Below, in pieces: positions 1 to 14,183 of a DNA stretch of 64,000 bases; position 1 is the stretch's first letter; each line of letters starts with the position of its first letter. Source of the stretch: Isurus oxyrinchus (taxonomy: Eukaryota); the NCBI GenBank assembly GCA_026770705.1, contig JANJGN010000002.1:48918001-48982000 (forward strand). Reading direction: 5' to 3'. The position numbers and the translations under genes were made by a program. The notes beneath the pieces are model-generated. The model searched no databases and was not told where the DNA came from. It was given only the letters and a program-made list of their open reading frames with translations.

Positions 1-2020
1 GTGGCTACTGGTGACCAGGACAAACCACTGACAACATGGCTACTGACTCCTGTGTGCAACGCACGTACTTGGGCACAGTGTGCTTATAATGAAAGCCAAG
101 CTGCCACATGAAATGAAATGCAGTAGACCATTGGTGTACTGAAAAAACACTGCATGGACTGCTGTGGAGGAGCCCTGCAGTACTCAGTGGAATGGGCGTC
201 AAGACTCGTGGTGGTCTGTTGTAACCTGCACAGCCTCATCATGATGAGGGGATAGTCTTTCCCACCAGCAATACATCAAGCATCAGAGTAGGAGAAGCAG
301 GAGGAAGAGGAGAAGGGGAAAGAGGAAGAAAGGAGCAACCTTGACAGTCGTTGTCTGTCTGTACATAAAGAACTCATCCAAGTGTGATACCAGTAAGTAC
401 AGCACCAATTCCTTATTCACCAACAATCCCATGCTTTACCATCCCTCAGTTACTGACCACAACATTCCCTTGACCACTGCATAAAAATATAAGTGGGCAC
501 AAAATAACAATTCCAAATTAAATTTCTAAAATAAATTGTTCCATATTTCATGCAGAAATTAACTAATCACACTGGTGCACTCCCTTAGTGCCTGTCTTTC
601 ATGAGGCTTTTGCTTGTCCTAGTGCTCCCACACAGTGCTAGCCCACTGAATGGAGCATGCCTGCTGGAAGGCTGCTGACTGACCTTCACTGGGGGAGACT
701 GCGCATGGTCTTGCAGGATGACCATGAGCAGCTGTGAGCTTAGGAGGCCTGGCTTCAGACTGCACCAGTTCAGCATGGGCGGCAGCAGTCTGTCAGGCAA
801 CAGAGCACAAGGGGAGTGGCAGGGGTTGGGGGAGTGGTTGCCACTTGCCCAGGGTGGTGTCTCAGCAATCCTAGTAACCTGTTGGAGAATAGCTGGCCTG
901 TCGTGACACCCTGCAAGCCCATTTGCACACATTTTTCGCAGCCATGATAGCTGAACGCACATGCCAGCAAGCTGACCTCACATTTCAAGTGGAAATTTCT
1001 TGTCCTGTATTGGAAACAGGCATCAGCCATCAGATGCTACGCCATGGTTGTGTCCACATATATGTGAATGGAGTTGGCAACCACTTCCATCATGGAAGGA
1101 TGAGCTCCATTCTCAGTGCAAAGCCCTGTGCCAAGTTGGTGTTAGACTCCCCCTTGCATCTTGACACTGGCCCAATTCACAAAGATTCTACATAACCAAC
1201 AGCGTTCTTCCATAGGCTGCCCCATCGAATAGCTCATCTGAGTCGCCTGCAGCAGAACCGTTTTCAACCTCAACTTCTTTTGAGTTGGCACCTGCACTAT
1301 CCTTGCACCCTGGTCTGGCTGCAGGCCTCTTGTGCTCAGTGTCTCATTGTGTACCAATACCACATCTATGTCATTCTGTAAATGCCATGTGATGTCGGTA
1401 TCTGTGTTGGTGGCAGCGAGTATGTAAACAAGTGGCAATGCTGTGTCTTCATCATCACTCTCTTCTTGGTGTTTTTCCACTGACTGGCCATGTTGCACTT
1501 TGTGGGCATCTGAAAATGTGGGCATATTCACTGACCTTGATCACTTATGTAAGGTCATTGAACTTCTTGTGACGCTGCATCCAGATCCTCGATGTTTGGC
1601 TCCTGGCATTGACCTCCATAACTGTCTGCTCCCATTGTCTTCTGAGTTTGTGTCTCAAGACCTCCTGGCTCCCTGCAGGTACAAGTCACCTTGCTCCTCT
1701 TCCACCACAGCATCCCAGGCAGTGTCCGAAAATCTTGAAGTCCACTCTCTCTGATATTGTGCATTCTTCAATGTTTTCCAGATCAGAGTCAATTGTAGAA
1801 CAACGGATAGCACTTGCTCCAGCCACAATGCACCTCCCCTCTCAGAGATGCAGGCTGGCTTGAAGAAGTGCAGGCTAGCCTTAACTGGTTCTAGCCTCTC
1901 ACGATTTAGGGTCCCCTACTGAGGTAATCATCATATTGAACCGGCAGAGGGTAATCTCATGTTGCAACCTCCTTACCCCAGAGTGGGGTCCTTTGGTTTT
2001 CTCTCCAGCCAGAAATCTAA
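1..2020 (+). mobile_element. Decayed PIF/Harbinger transposon, copy 1 (left part outside window, right end approximate)
   Basis: 1-390 resembles the transposase C-terminus (WLLGD-like start, CCNLH, acidic GAG/GAA tail). The - strand at ~585-1790 carries Myb/SANT gene remnants (reads like KKFNDLT..VK before a GTCAGT donor; ends KDRH*). Colinear with the copies at 40943 and 48493. Confidence 0.8.
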
Positions 2021-2380
2021 TGGTAGTATGAGCTCATTTACTGTAACTGAAGTTGGCAGTGTTACCTGGAGAGCAGAATGTGACTCAAAAGATGAAGGCA
2101 ACTGTTATGACAGAAGTCTTTATTAGCCTGGAGAGTGTTGTAACATGCATAGAGTGAGCAGAGAAAGGTGTGGATTCAATGCAAACTACATCAGTAATCA
2201 TGCTTTATGTAATTGCAAATCCAGCATAAAACTAGATTTTAGTTGGTCTTTAATGAGAGGGAGCGATTTGCAAGGTTTAGTCCCTGCAGGTGATCACCTT
2301 TCAGCATGGTAGTTTGTAAATGAGTAAAAGCAGAGTGCCAATATGCACTGCACCTGGGAAATTCTATGAAGGTTTTCAGG

Positions 2381-2493
2381 GGCCAGGACTTTCCTGTCCC
2401 ACCTGTGGTGGGACCCTTTATGGGTGGGACGGAAAATTTGGCAGCCCAGCAAAATATCCATTGACTTCCAGTGAGAATTTCTGCATCCCGGCC
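2381..2493. mobile_element. Short Harbinger-type MITE
   Basis: GGCCAGGACTTTCC start and CATCCCGGCC end form imperfect TIRs; flanks AGG/AGT; resembles the 57634 element. Confidence 0.5.
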
Positions 2494-5400
2494 AGTGTCT
2501 TTGGTGCAGCTATCTGTTTTAATTTAAACTCATTCCTAATCCATTCAACATTCATCCATGCCCCCAAAATTTCTTCATTCTAATGATATTCCTGAATTAC
2601 TTTTTGTTTAACAGATTTAAAAATGGAATTCTCCCATATGTAAAACTGATAATACACTTATACCACACGTTTTGTATTGGTGCCTGTTGAGATTTTTACA
2701 ACCCAAGTGCCAACGTTGCAGTGGTAATCCAGGAGCTCGATGCTTCACCCCAGCAGCAATACAATGGATATCAGTGTGACATGCAACTTTTGTGCAACTT
2801 TTTTAAAGCTTGACAGTAAAAGAGCCAAACATTCTATTTTCTGCTAACTGAAAATGAAGCTTGTGTACCAACTGTTTCTAATTACAAGATGACTTAGCAA
2901 TGCAAGATATGTCAAATGCCCTCCCTGCATATATGTGGTTCTGCCACCCTTAAGCTCCAGTGTGATTCAAGTGAGCGTACAACTCTAACTCCCAGCACAC
3001 ATTCCTGCCTAAACACTGGCATATATTGGCATGTTTAATGTAATAATAGTTTAGGGCAACAAAACAGTGACCCTTCTATAATGCATATTCAAAGATATCT
3101 GAATAGAAAAATTATATGGAAAGCATTTGTAATTACAGTTGGTTTAAGTGTTTCATTTTGTACTAATGGTGGTCTGAAACTTTTTATATATCATTTTCTA
3201 TCCTGACCCAGCATGTGTATGATTAATTCCTGTTCACTACATATCTTTAAGTTGTAGTCTGTATTTCCTTTAGATTACTGCTGGCTTCCCAACCTGTAGC
3301 ACCATCAAATTGATATTCATTCTATAAAATTAGAATGTTACATTTAAAAACTGCAATATGAAGCAAGTATGGAACATATACACTACTTTTAATAGCTTCA
3401 TCTCCAACAGTGTGAGAGGCAATAGTGTGTCTCGGATGCTTTATTGTCAAAAGTAAATTGTTGGCTTTATCGTTACATAGTCTGTTTTAACAGACCACAC
3501 ATTTTAGATCAGAAATATTTCAATATATGACACTAAATATTATCAAGTATCAACTCTTAGTAAGAAGTGCATTGCCACTATACTTGGAAAGCAAAGTTGG
3601 AAGAAGTTTTACATTTTTTGTGGGTGAGGGATATTTGGTGGAGATGTTCCATGTATTGGTGATGCTGCCATATTCTTAAAAAGATGAATGAAATAATTCA
3701 AAATAAAATAATAATTTTAAGTATAAGCAGAAAAAATGGTGCAACATTACATGATATTACATATCAAGAAATAATACATACATGCAGGCAGGCAGCAATG
3801 TGGTCACAATCCTATAAGAATATATATCAGGTAAAAAGGGTAGAATAAGGACTAGTCATTTTGTAAGTCATGGATTGGGCAGACATCTGGTGGTTCTAAT
3901 GCTGTTGCAGCTAAGCCCTAGGATACAGAGGCAAGCTGTTTCAGCTATCCATAGATTTTCTCCAAAAGGGAATTGATGAACCTCTGGGGAACCGAGAGGA
4001 AGAAAAAAAGGAGAAAGAAGAGGTTGGCTTTGCTAAATTGTGCTATTTGAATAACATGAAAATTAAAATGCAAAATACATTTGTTTATTGTTGCTTAATT
4101 CCATCTGTAATAAAAACAATACGCAAAGCGGGGCATTAGTTGAACATGGACTAGAATCTGGTGGTGCTTGTTGATTACAAATTGTAGTAGATGCCTTGCA
4201 GGATTCCATGTGACCTATGAAATTAAAAACCAGCCTTGTAACAATTTTACTGTCAACTGTGTGCCTCCTGTAAATTGGATAATTTAAAATATAAACCTGA
4301 TCTAACTTAGCACTCTGCAATATCAGATAAAAAGAACGACCTGAAAATATTTAATTAAAGTAGCAAAAAAGCTGTCTTTTCAAACTGTATTTCTTTACAG
4401 ATCTTATTGTTAATGTAGACGAACATTGAATTACAGTATTTATCATTATTTAATAAAAAATGGAGATCTGCTACACTAAAAATTAAGAGTCAAAACATTT
4501 TTTCAAATTATAATGGGAGAAAGTGGTAAAACCTTGTATAACTTATACTTTTACAATGGAACATCTTTTACACCTGTTAAAACAATGATTCAAGGACTTA
4601 TGCAAGCTTCTTAAAGTTTTTGACTTTGAGGATCATTATGAATTTATGTACAGCCACGTCTAGCCCAGTTACATCAACTCTTACTTTCCTGTTAATGCCA
4701 GGTGCTTTGTGAATTTATTGTTTTCTACAAATGCTTTATTGAATTCCAGTTCCATTTTATCAAGATTTGCCAGAACAAGTCAGTACGTCAAGGAGGATCT
4801 TAAAGATCCAATAATCCTCTCCACCTGGAAGTAGCTTTCATGCTTAACCAGGTTTAATTGTGCACTCCAAACAGGAATTCTACTGATGCTAATTGAACAC
4901 TTTACTAGAGTGCTGAAGTTAACATTTCAAGTGGTACATTTTGAACTGGTCAAAAAATCCCTAAATGGCATTTTCAGCTCTGCCAAAGTTGAAAATTATT
5001 CCCTGTCTTTTTTTTCTATATAAAAGTTGAGCAAGCTCAACAAGACCTTTCTTATTAATGACAGAACAAGGCTAGACAGAATAATGGCTGTATTGATAGG
5101 CATGGTTAACTTAAAGCACTTGAACTGAGCTGTTTTAATCTTTCTAATTACTTTCATAATATGCCACTTAAACCTCATGCTAAATGGTCTTCTTTAATTT
5201 CTTTAAATGTAAAAGTTTTTAACTTGTTTCATTTAATTTCACCAATTCAAAACTGTTAGTCTGAAATTAATAGGAAAAGCTGAATGCTGAAATTAAAATT
5301 CAAATGGGGGGGAGGGGGGTGGGGGGACTGCTTTCAGCATTGATTCCAGCGATTTAGTCAGGGAAAGCTGCAACTTGGCATTTGGTATCGGTGACCATGG

Positions 5401-8400
5401 GAAAGTAGGAAAAGAAATAAAGATTGAGGATCAAGGGGAAGACATTTTGGTGTGGATTGCAAGCTACTGAGTTGCTTTGCTGTTCAGGTCACTGGAGCTG
5501 GAAAGGACCTAACCCTTGAAAGAGGCATCAAATAGTGATTTATTATTTGTTTATGCTGAGTGGTACAAAACTTTTCACCATTTGAAAGCAATGGGTGATT
5601 GTTTGCTTGGTTTCTAACCTGCCATAGAATAGTAATCAAAACAATGGGGATGTAAATCAACTTGAACCTATATGGAATGTCAGTCTCAAAATTTGGTGAT
5701 GGTAATGGTAAACAAATATTTCATGTGCTCATGTAATGTCCCTCTGTCTGCTGGCTCAACTGAGGCGTTAACTCTCAAAATAGCAAACAAGGAATGACAT
5801 ATGAATGCATTATGAAATTGTCCAGTAATATTGCCAAGAGTACATTCTAACTTATTAAATCCTCTGTATATAAATTACATTGTACTGTATTTGTTCTATG
5901 AAACTAACCATTTGACCTTATCAGAAAGGATCCTCAAAATTAAGTGAATGACATTTATACTTTTTTAGATGAGGGATGGGAAAAGGAGCCTTTCACTGAG
6001 GGCAGAAGGTTAACCATTACTTTTAACAACAGTACAGTATGTTAGTAAAAGTAGGTCAGTGCATTCAAAGCATTAAATCACCTCTTTAGTCCAGTAGATT
6101 TAACACAGACTTATTCAAATGATCATCAGTCTATTCAAGTTGTACATTGTGCCAAATTCACCCAGCAGCTCCAACAATAACCATCACAGGCCTCAGAGGG
6201 TTAGTGACTGAACAGAGCTATAGTTTGATGATGTTACATAGACTGACATCTACAGTAATGTAGATGCTTTAGGGAAAGAGTGTGTACAAGTCTGGATAGC
6301 CTAAACACAGCTGTAATATTAGTAATATGATCTCACTATAAATAAGAACCAATGAATCATTCAATTCTGAGGCTGCACACAGATGCAGATACTTTTTGTA
6401 GGATAAGGTGTGACTTAACTTTAAAGTGATGGTGTTAAAAGAAGTGAATGGTCATACAGTTCTCTTAATTTGTCTTCAAAGTTGTTTGTTCATACTTCTC
6501 AATGAGTACTAAATCACGTGATTCTTTATCTAACCAAATAATTCTTTACATGTATAAAAGAACTGAGAACATTTATAAGCAACTTTGTTTCAAGTGTAGT
6601 TCAGCAATAGGAGCGTCCCAGTTAAATTAAGAACTTTTAATGTTTAACATTAAACCACATTTAAGTAAGTAAAGAAGCATTTAAAATGAAATTTTGCTTG
6701 TGAAATGAAGATAATAAATGTGGTTAGTTAATCATTCTGTTGTATAGCAGAAATAAGAGTCTGAACTACAGTGCTGTGGTTTGGAATGAAATAATTTAGG
6801 ATAGCATTGTTTGGACATTGTGACCTAGAAATTTCAACAGCATGTGCTGAACAGGCATATATGCCTCCAAAGTAGGCAAGAAGCACTCGCTCATTTCAAA
6901 CCTGAAGTTCACCATCCGTATTGGATTGGGCTTCTCCATAGACATCCAGAACTGTTTAAAGCAATGAATGTAAATTGGTGTAAATAAGAGTCCTAGACTT
7001 TGGTATGAAAATTTTAGTATGTTCTGGAAGCTCCATCAACATTAGCCATCATACTTCCATTGCAGGTGTGAGAGATGTGAATGGAGCTGACCATTCAGTC
7101 CATGTTGGATAGAATGTCATGCAGGGTGTGTAGGGTGAGGTAGAATAAGGGCAAAAGATGATAAGTTATGAAACCTCCTTCTTTTTGCTAGCTGCCACAG
7201 CCAAGACTCTGTTCCTTCAAGTGATGGCCAACATCTTTTCTATGAGGGGTAGAGGATGTGCTGGTGGACCCGCCTCCTCTGCTGGCATCCTGTTTGGCGT
7301 TGTTTTTAGGCACAATTGTATTCCTAGGCCTGTATAATGCTGCAGTCACTAAGCATTAAGACTCTGATTAATTACAGACTGAACACTGGACAGAATAGCA
7401 GCAGAGCCTTTTGGGATAGGATATTAGAATCCAAATCAGATCCCAAATTTGCATAACTCAATTTCACAGCTATTTCAGTATTTTTGGGCCAAGATGCTGA
7501 ACAATGTAATTTGCATCTGCATAAGCATACCTCAGTTTCAGAATAACACTGAAAGTAGACATAGTAAGACCATAGTTGGGTCCCAGCAGATGAAAGAAAA
7601 ACATCAGTGGAGCTAATGATATAAGTAGAAGAGTGGGTGTTGCACAGGAAAAGATCCATGCCATGGGAAGTCGCAATTGGCTTCAATTTTTCTATATGCC
7701 CTCTTTACCTTCAAATTCTTAGGCGTAAATCTACTTCTCCTGTTTGCAGGCACAACTGATTAGTACTGTGGATCTCTGTTGTGGACCACTGAGGACATGA
7801 GATCCAAATAAATCAGGATGAACCATTTTGGTGTTTTCTCACTTCAGCATATTACTTTCCTTGAGTGTGACATCCTTGGCACATGCGGTAACATATGCAT
7901 TAACCTGCTTGCTTAGTAATTGCCTTTTGTTTTCAGCTTAGTAAATGGTTTGCTTTCTCCTGTGCCTCTCACAATTGATACAAGTGTGCAGAGACACAAA
8001 TAATCAGGTTATTAATGTGCACAGCTTTGTGGTGCCTTCCTCTTGCTCCGAGCGTCTGCCAGGATAACAAAAGACTTGTACATGTTGCATTCGGGCACAT
8101 TTCCACCACACCGAATCGCCAGTCTATGAGGTCTCATTCAGGTTAATGCAACAGCAGTCAGGCGTCTGTGATGAAGCTGTATTCCTGTTCCTGCCAAAGT
8201 AATTTCTGAGCAAAAATAAAAGGTTCAAGGCTTGTCAGCATTAGCAGCTAGATAGCTGCTTAGACCTAATGAGAAATTGGACATTGCTAGACTCTGAGCT
8301 ATCTTGCCAGAGTCATTTTTCCTGCTTGCCTTTTGTCGGAACGACAGAAAGAGATGTTGTTCAATTAAAACCTCTGACCTGTTGTGGGCTCTTGGAGGCA

Positions 8401-9487
8401 GCCCATTTCATGCTGGTGATGTGAGTGATTGGCAAAATTTAGACAGTTTTGAACCATGCAACATTTTTCAAAGTTGCTGTTACATTCAAAGCAACAAAAA
8501 AAAATCATTGACACTTCCTGTTAGCTGGTTTCCGTGGTGACGCATATTCCCATGAGAAATTTGATATAATTAAATTAGGCTTCTTTTGATGTCAATAAAT
8601 TAAAAGGATAGGTTGTCTTTAAGGCAGTGATCCCACTTGGATTTAGTATAAACCACAATTTTATGTTTCTTTATAATAGTTATAGAAGTGCCACAAAGAC
8701 ATTAGCTTAAAATTATAGTTATGTTTACCTCCTCTAAATATTCATGCTCATCACACTGTCTAGTGATAGAAAAGTTCTTACATTATTAGGAAAGTAATTG
8801 AAAATTGGCAAGATATAGTCGTTTACACTTAGCATCTGCTTAAATGTAATTTAAAATGAAAAATGTTATCAATCTCTTGATGTTGGCAGAAATACCTTAA
8901 TGACTTCCATTTCATCTATAATATTTTTATTTGAAATATGTGAACGTTATGATTTGGCTTCCCAATATTCCCAATAGAAATTCCTTTTTCATCAATGTGC
9001 TTCCCATATTTTTGATGAGAATATCCTTGCAAAAATCTTCTTGCTATCACATTAATCTGCATTAGTGTACATCTCTTCATAAAACAGACAAGCTACCTGG
9101 GACTTTGGTTACTAATTGAAGTATTTTCTGGTAGAGGGGGAGGCATATGGAAATGTAATACCATGTACATTATTTTGTCGTTAAAATGTTTTTTGGATTG
9201 TTTCATATATGATAGCAATGCATTGAATATGATACTTTTTACTGCTATTATGATTTAAAATCTGTTTCAACATGTATTATAGAGATACATGCACTAGCAG
9301 TTATTGATTATTGTCAAGTTATAGTTCTATAAAATCATTTTTTAAATGTTAAACCGTATGCCAAGCCAGCAGTTCCTTTAAAAAAATAATTTGGTATTAA
9401 TTCAAGTCATCCATCATGGTGAACCATTTGGAAATGAACATTTCTATTTTCATTGTATTTTTAAATGCTATTTTTCTTCTTTTCCAG

Positions 9488-9598
9488 GCGTGCGCTTAGA
9501 TAGAGTACGTGGAGGACGGCAGAAATATAAGCGCAGGATAGATGCAGAGAACAGCCCTTACTTGAACCCTCAGCTGGTTCAACCAGCCAAAAAGCCAT
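9488..9598 (+). CDS. ESRRG: ESRRG internal exon (DBD C-terminal extension and hinge), 111 nt
   Basis: Pyrimidine tract plus ccAG acceptor at 9486-9487, GTGAGG donor at 9599. Encodes [37 protein letters not shown], the ERRgamma sequence. Confidence 0.98.
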
Positions 9599-11034
9599 GT
9601 GAGGACAACAAATTAATTTATATTATATTGTACAGGATGTCATTAACATATAAAGCTTCAGCACATTAATTTACAATCCAATGAAACAATGGCATGTCTT
9701 ATCTATTTCAGTATACTCACCCTGCACACACAACCAGTTAAAGAGTTTGCAAACAGATGGGAGTGATAATAGGCAGAGCTAATCCAGTCTCCATTTTATA
9801 AATCGCCAGAGTTTATTTTTCATCAAGGCTAGCATGGTGTACTTTGTGAAAAATTATGTACAGCCATGTGGAAATATTTTGAATTGTCCCTATATTTTTT
9901 CTATGCAGTTCAATTAAAGAGACAGTGCTTTTCACAGCAGTGCTGCTGCAAGAGATTTTGTTTTATTTTGTGCTTTCCCAAAAGTTCTAAATCCCTTTAA
10001 AAACGTAATTTTGTTTATATTTGTGTCCCATGACTGTGATTTAAAATGAGGATTATTAAACAATGTGGAACATTGACAGTATTAAACACATCTGTGGTAT
10101 GTTTTCTCTGAGCCTCTAAGCTAACCATAGTGTTAAACTCAAAACACTAGAATGAAGATTACAAATCCTGCATAAGCTGGATATTGTCTTTTTAAATCTT
10201 TAAGCTTTTATGATGAGACTTTGCCATCAAAAGAGTACATGTTAAATTTTAGGTGCTTTCTCTTTTATTTAACTGTTAAGGAAGACTGTACAGAATGAGC
10301 ATGGTACAAAATATCACCAATGTTGCATTGCAAAACTCATTCAATAACAAGGTAATTTCTTTTGAGTCGACTACATTTCTTTTTATTGGCAAATACTTCA
10401 AAATCACACATTGTATAGGTCCATATTAATAATTCTTTAGGCCATGAGAAAAATACTATAATTTTAATGTGTGCTCTGTGTGTCTTTTGAGCATAATCGT
10501 GCATAGCCATGGACAAGGCAGTGGCTGTTTGTATTTTCCAGCATATTTCTTCTATTAAATAATAAATAATTAAGTATAGCTGAAAGCAATTCATGGAATT
10601 TCAAATGTTAATCAGACTAGAGCTCACACTTTTACAAGAGTGGGCACTATGTGTAATATACCACATTGATGAAACATTGCACTCACATTTACATTTCTGT
10701 AAATTACATTATATTAATATTTTGCAAAGGAGTCTTGTCTATCGGAATCAAATTTTTAATATAGATATCCAAATAACAGATCACATTTAGCATTTTTTCC
10801 CAAGTCCTTAAGTGGTTGGAATGATAAATTCTTACAAAGTCTTTAGTTTTTCCCATTGACTTAAAATAGAGTTTATTTCATTCATCTTAAAAATTCAAAG
10901 AAGTAGATATGTATAATTGTTAAGGATGTGTACCCTATCTGTCAGATTTCCTGGTAGAAATATACAAGAATGTAATTTAGAGGGCTCTAAGGAAAACAAT
11001 ACTAAGTTAATAAAAGTAAAGTATAGTGCATTCA

Positions 11035-11277
11035 AGGGGTTGCTTAGCTCAGTTGGCAAGATGGTTAGCATGTGATTCCGAATAATGCCAACAGCACAGG
11101 TTTGATTCCTGTTCTGGCTGAGGTAGACTTGGAACTTGCCTTCCCACTCTGCCTTGAGAGTGGAAGGCAATGGCAAACCACCACTGACAAGAAAAATGGC
11201 TTAGGATAAAGCATCAACAGACAATAAGCCAAGGACCCGCCTTTGGGGAGAGCACACATGAATGAATGAATGAATGA
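11035..11277 (+). mobile_element. tRNA-derived SINE with (TGAA)n tail
   Basis: A-box TAGCTCAGTTGG, B-box-like GGTTTGATTCC, (ATGA)n tail, 12-bp TSD ATAGTGCATTCA at 11023-11034 and 11278-11289. Confidence 0.9.
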
Positions 11278-12215
11278 ATAGTGCATTCACTTTTTATTTC
11301 GTTAGATGAGACATCTTAAGGTTCCTCTAGATTTTATATGTAGAAAATATTCAGAAGAACCAGAAGTAACAGTTTTTTTCGAAACGTATGATTTCTAAAA
11401 CATTTTCTGACAAATAAATATCGCAGCTATTGTGCAGAACACATTATGATTTGCTGTGTCATTGTAGTATTTAAAAAATCTGGGATCATTTTCCTATCTT
11501 TCACTAATCCAGATGAGCAATTAATTGTAATGTCTGTCTGTCACACCACTTGACTAAACACCTCAACTAGTTATAAAATAAAAAGAGCTTTCCGGACCTG
11601 ACTACCAGAGATATCCGTGGTCATATTTAACTTGATATCAGACATGCATATAATCACCTCTCCCCCTCCTTGTTAAAATTGCTAGGTTATGTGTTTAAAA
11701 CTTATTTTAAAAATGGGTAGCTTAAAAGGATATATTTGGTTTTAGCAAATTCTGGTTTTCTAATTTTTAATACAACCCTTTCTACTGCTCAATACATCTG
11801 AACATTAATATGATTGCATTGTTCTGTGTTTCTAATTTTGCATTGTCTCACCACTTAACAATCATTACTTCTTACCGAAGAGCTGTTGTGTTAATTTTCT
11901 GCAGTTTACTTAATTAGCAGCTTTTTCTAAAAAAAACATTTATAAAATACATGGCCAATTTTCAACTTGTGTCAGGAAGTGCAATATGTCTTGTACCTTG
12001 GATGTAGTCTAAGAGATTTTCTGGATCCTGATTGATTATTTGTGCATAACAAAGCCATTCTGATGAAAATTGGGTTGTATTGATTCTAATTAAGGCAACA
12101 TTAAATAAGATTTACCAAGAGATACCGCTTGCAGCTACTCAATTCCCTGAGTGATGAGGCTGTCTAAACTGACGCAAACGTTTCTCCTTTCTTTTGCCTG
12201 GGTCTTCTATTCTAG

Positions 12216-12377
12216 TCAACAAGATTGTCTCACACTTGCTTGTGGCTGAGCCAGAGAAGATTTATGCCATGCCTGATCCCACCATTCCGGAGAGTGACAT
12301 CAAAGCCCTCACTACACTGTGCGATTTGGCTGATCGAGAACTGGTGGTCATCATTGGATGGGCAAAGCATATTCCAG
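12216..12377 (+). CDS. ESRRG: ESRRG internal exon (LBD helices 1-3), 162 nt
   Basis: ctAG acceptor at 12214-12215, GTACAA donor at 12378. Encodes (F)[53 protein letters not shown](G). Confidence 0.98.
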
Positions 12378-12732
12378 GTACAAAAAGAAAACCAAAAATA
12401 TCAGCTGTTAAGCATGTTGTAAAACAAATTGCGCCTTTGTGCTTGGTACTGAATTTTCCACAGTTGAGATACCACAAAAAAGACTTTGGCTGCGATTTTC
12501 TGGCTCCACCAGCCGCTGGGATCTCACAATGGGGCAGAAAATCCCAGCCTTTGTTAGCCGCTTAGTTTTTCTAATGAAAATCCACCAGCTTTTACTGTTA
12601 TCACATTACTCAACTGATGAGCATGTCTAGTTAACATACTTTTGATTTTTATCAAGATTTATTTTGGTGGTGATCATCTGTAGAATGCATTTGGTATGCA
12701 TTTGTGGTTCTGACTGAGCTGAGGAAAACTAT

Positions 12733-12807
12733 GGGCCAGATTTTTTGCCACAATGGAGAAACTCGCCATCATTGCAAAAGTAGAAGAAATGCCCAAAAAT
12801 CCTAAGT

Positions 12808-12839
<32 letters not shown>

Positions 12840-14183
12840 ACCCCTGCTGAAAATGGCAGTTCCCATTTTCACAGAGTGGGATTGGCTGCGGGGTGTCCTT
12901 CACACTTGCACTGTTTACGGTGGCAGCTAGCCATTTAAATCATTAGCTGCTTCCACTCAAGTGGGATTTTGGGAGGCCAGACATGTGAAACACAAAGTGT
13001 TCAGATTAGACCTAGTAAGAACAAGTTTAAACTTTGTGGATTTGTTAGAATAACCAGAGTATCTCTTTGGAGAGGTAAGGTACTCCTTTGGATCTGGTGC
13101 TGGGACACCTTTGGTGGAGGTCAGGTGCCTGTTGGAATTGTTAAAAGTAGAAATAAATGTGCATTAAAAAAGCGCTTAAACTCATTACTGTCAAATTCAT
13201 TGGAACTGTCAACAGACCTATCAAAATCAACTGTCAAAACTGTCTGAAGCACCTATCAAAAAGAACTGTCAAGTTGTCCAGGAATTTAAAAGCCCTGCCC
13301 TTTAAATCTTTGAAAAAAGTGTCTGGAGTGTTAGAAAAAAATGATTACCGCTATTTCATTCTGCCTGTTGACATAAGCCTGAGGGCTGCCATTATTGGAT
13401 TAGTGCTACATGACTGATTTCACAACTGTCCATTATCACAGTCCGGTGCTTTCTATTTCAGTCTGATTGGCAACTACAGGTGTTATAGACTCTTTGATGT
13501 GGGACTATCAATTGCAATGCTTTTTGTTATGAGCGATTGTTCACTTGAATGAAATGTTTGCTCTTATAAGACGTTATTTAGATGAAAGAATGTAAATTTA
13601 GTAAATGTTTTTTTTATACCTAAGTTTTTTTTCAATATAGTGAAGTCTGCAATAGGCACTTAGAACATTATTTTGTAGAAATGTATTTTATCTCATCTCT
13701 GCATGGGTCCTGAGGTCTGCCCATGGTGGGTACTAGGTGAGTTGACATGGGAGGTGTAAGGACAAAGGGTGGTGGGTGGGGGCATGGGTTGGCATAGGGC
13801 CTACAAAGGGCCATGGAGGGTTCGGTGGAAGGTAATAGGTTGGCATGGAAGGTATGGTTATGGGGGTGTGTGGGGACAATGAGGTGGCATGTATTGGCAT
13901 GGATGGGGAATGTGTGTGGGGGAATGAGGGATTTGGGCTGGAGGAATGTTTCATGTTGCAATTTTTAAAAAAACTTTGGACCCCCTTCCAGACCTGGGCA
14001 TCTTCCTCAGTTCTTCCACAGTCACCCACCCCAATCCAGTCCCTCCCACACCCCTACCCCCCTCACCCCCTACCTCTTGGACCAAAAATCCAATGTCCGG
14101 CAGCCATTTTAAAAGGTCGGGTTTGCAGAGCCGGGAATTCTCCCATCTCTGCGCACTTGACCTGGGAGCGAAAAATCTGGGCC
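12733..14183. mobile_element. Non-autonomous PIF/Harbinger element, 1.45 kb
   Basis: TIRs GGGCCAGATTTTT / AAAAATCTGGGCC (12/13 match), 3-bp TSD TAT on both sides, no coding remnant recognised. Confidence 0.85.
12810..12839. repeat. C30 homopolymer
   Basis: Direct read; produces the spurious poly-Pro ORF 12753-12938. Confidence 0.95.

Noticed and set aside
9391-9669. ORF-track extensions around ESRRG exons (also 12194-12565, 54588-54866, 57914-57944)
   Set aside because: Read-through into introns; canonical splice sites delimit the true coding parts.
12753-12938. Proline-rich ORF
   Set aside because: Artefact of the C30 homopolymer inside a MITE.
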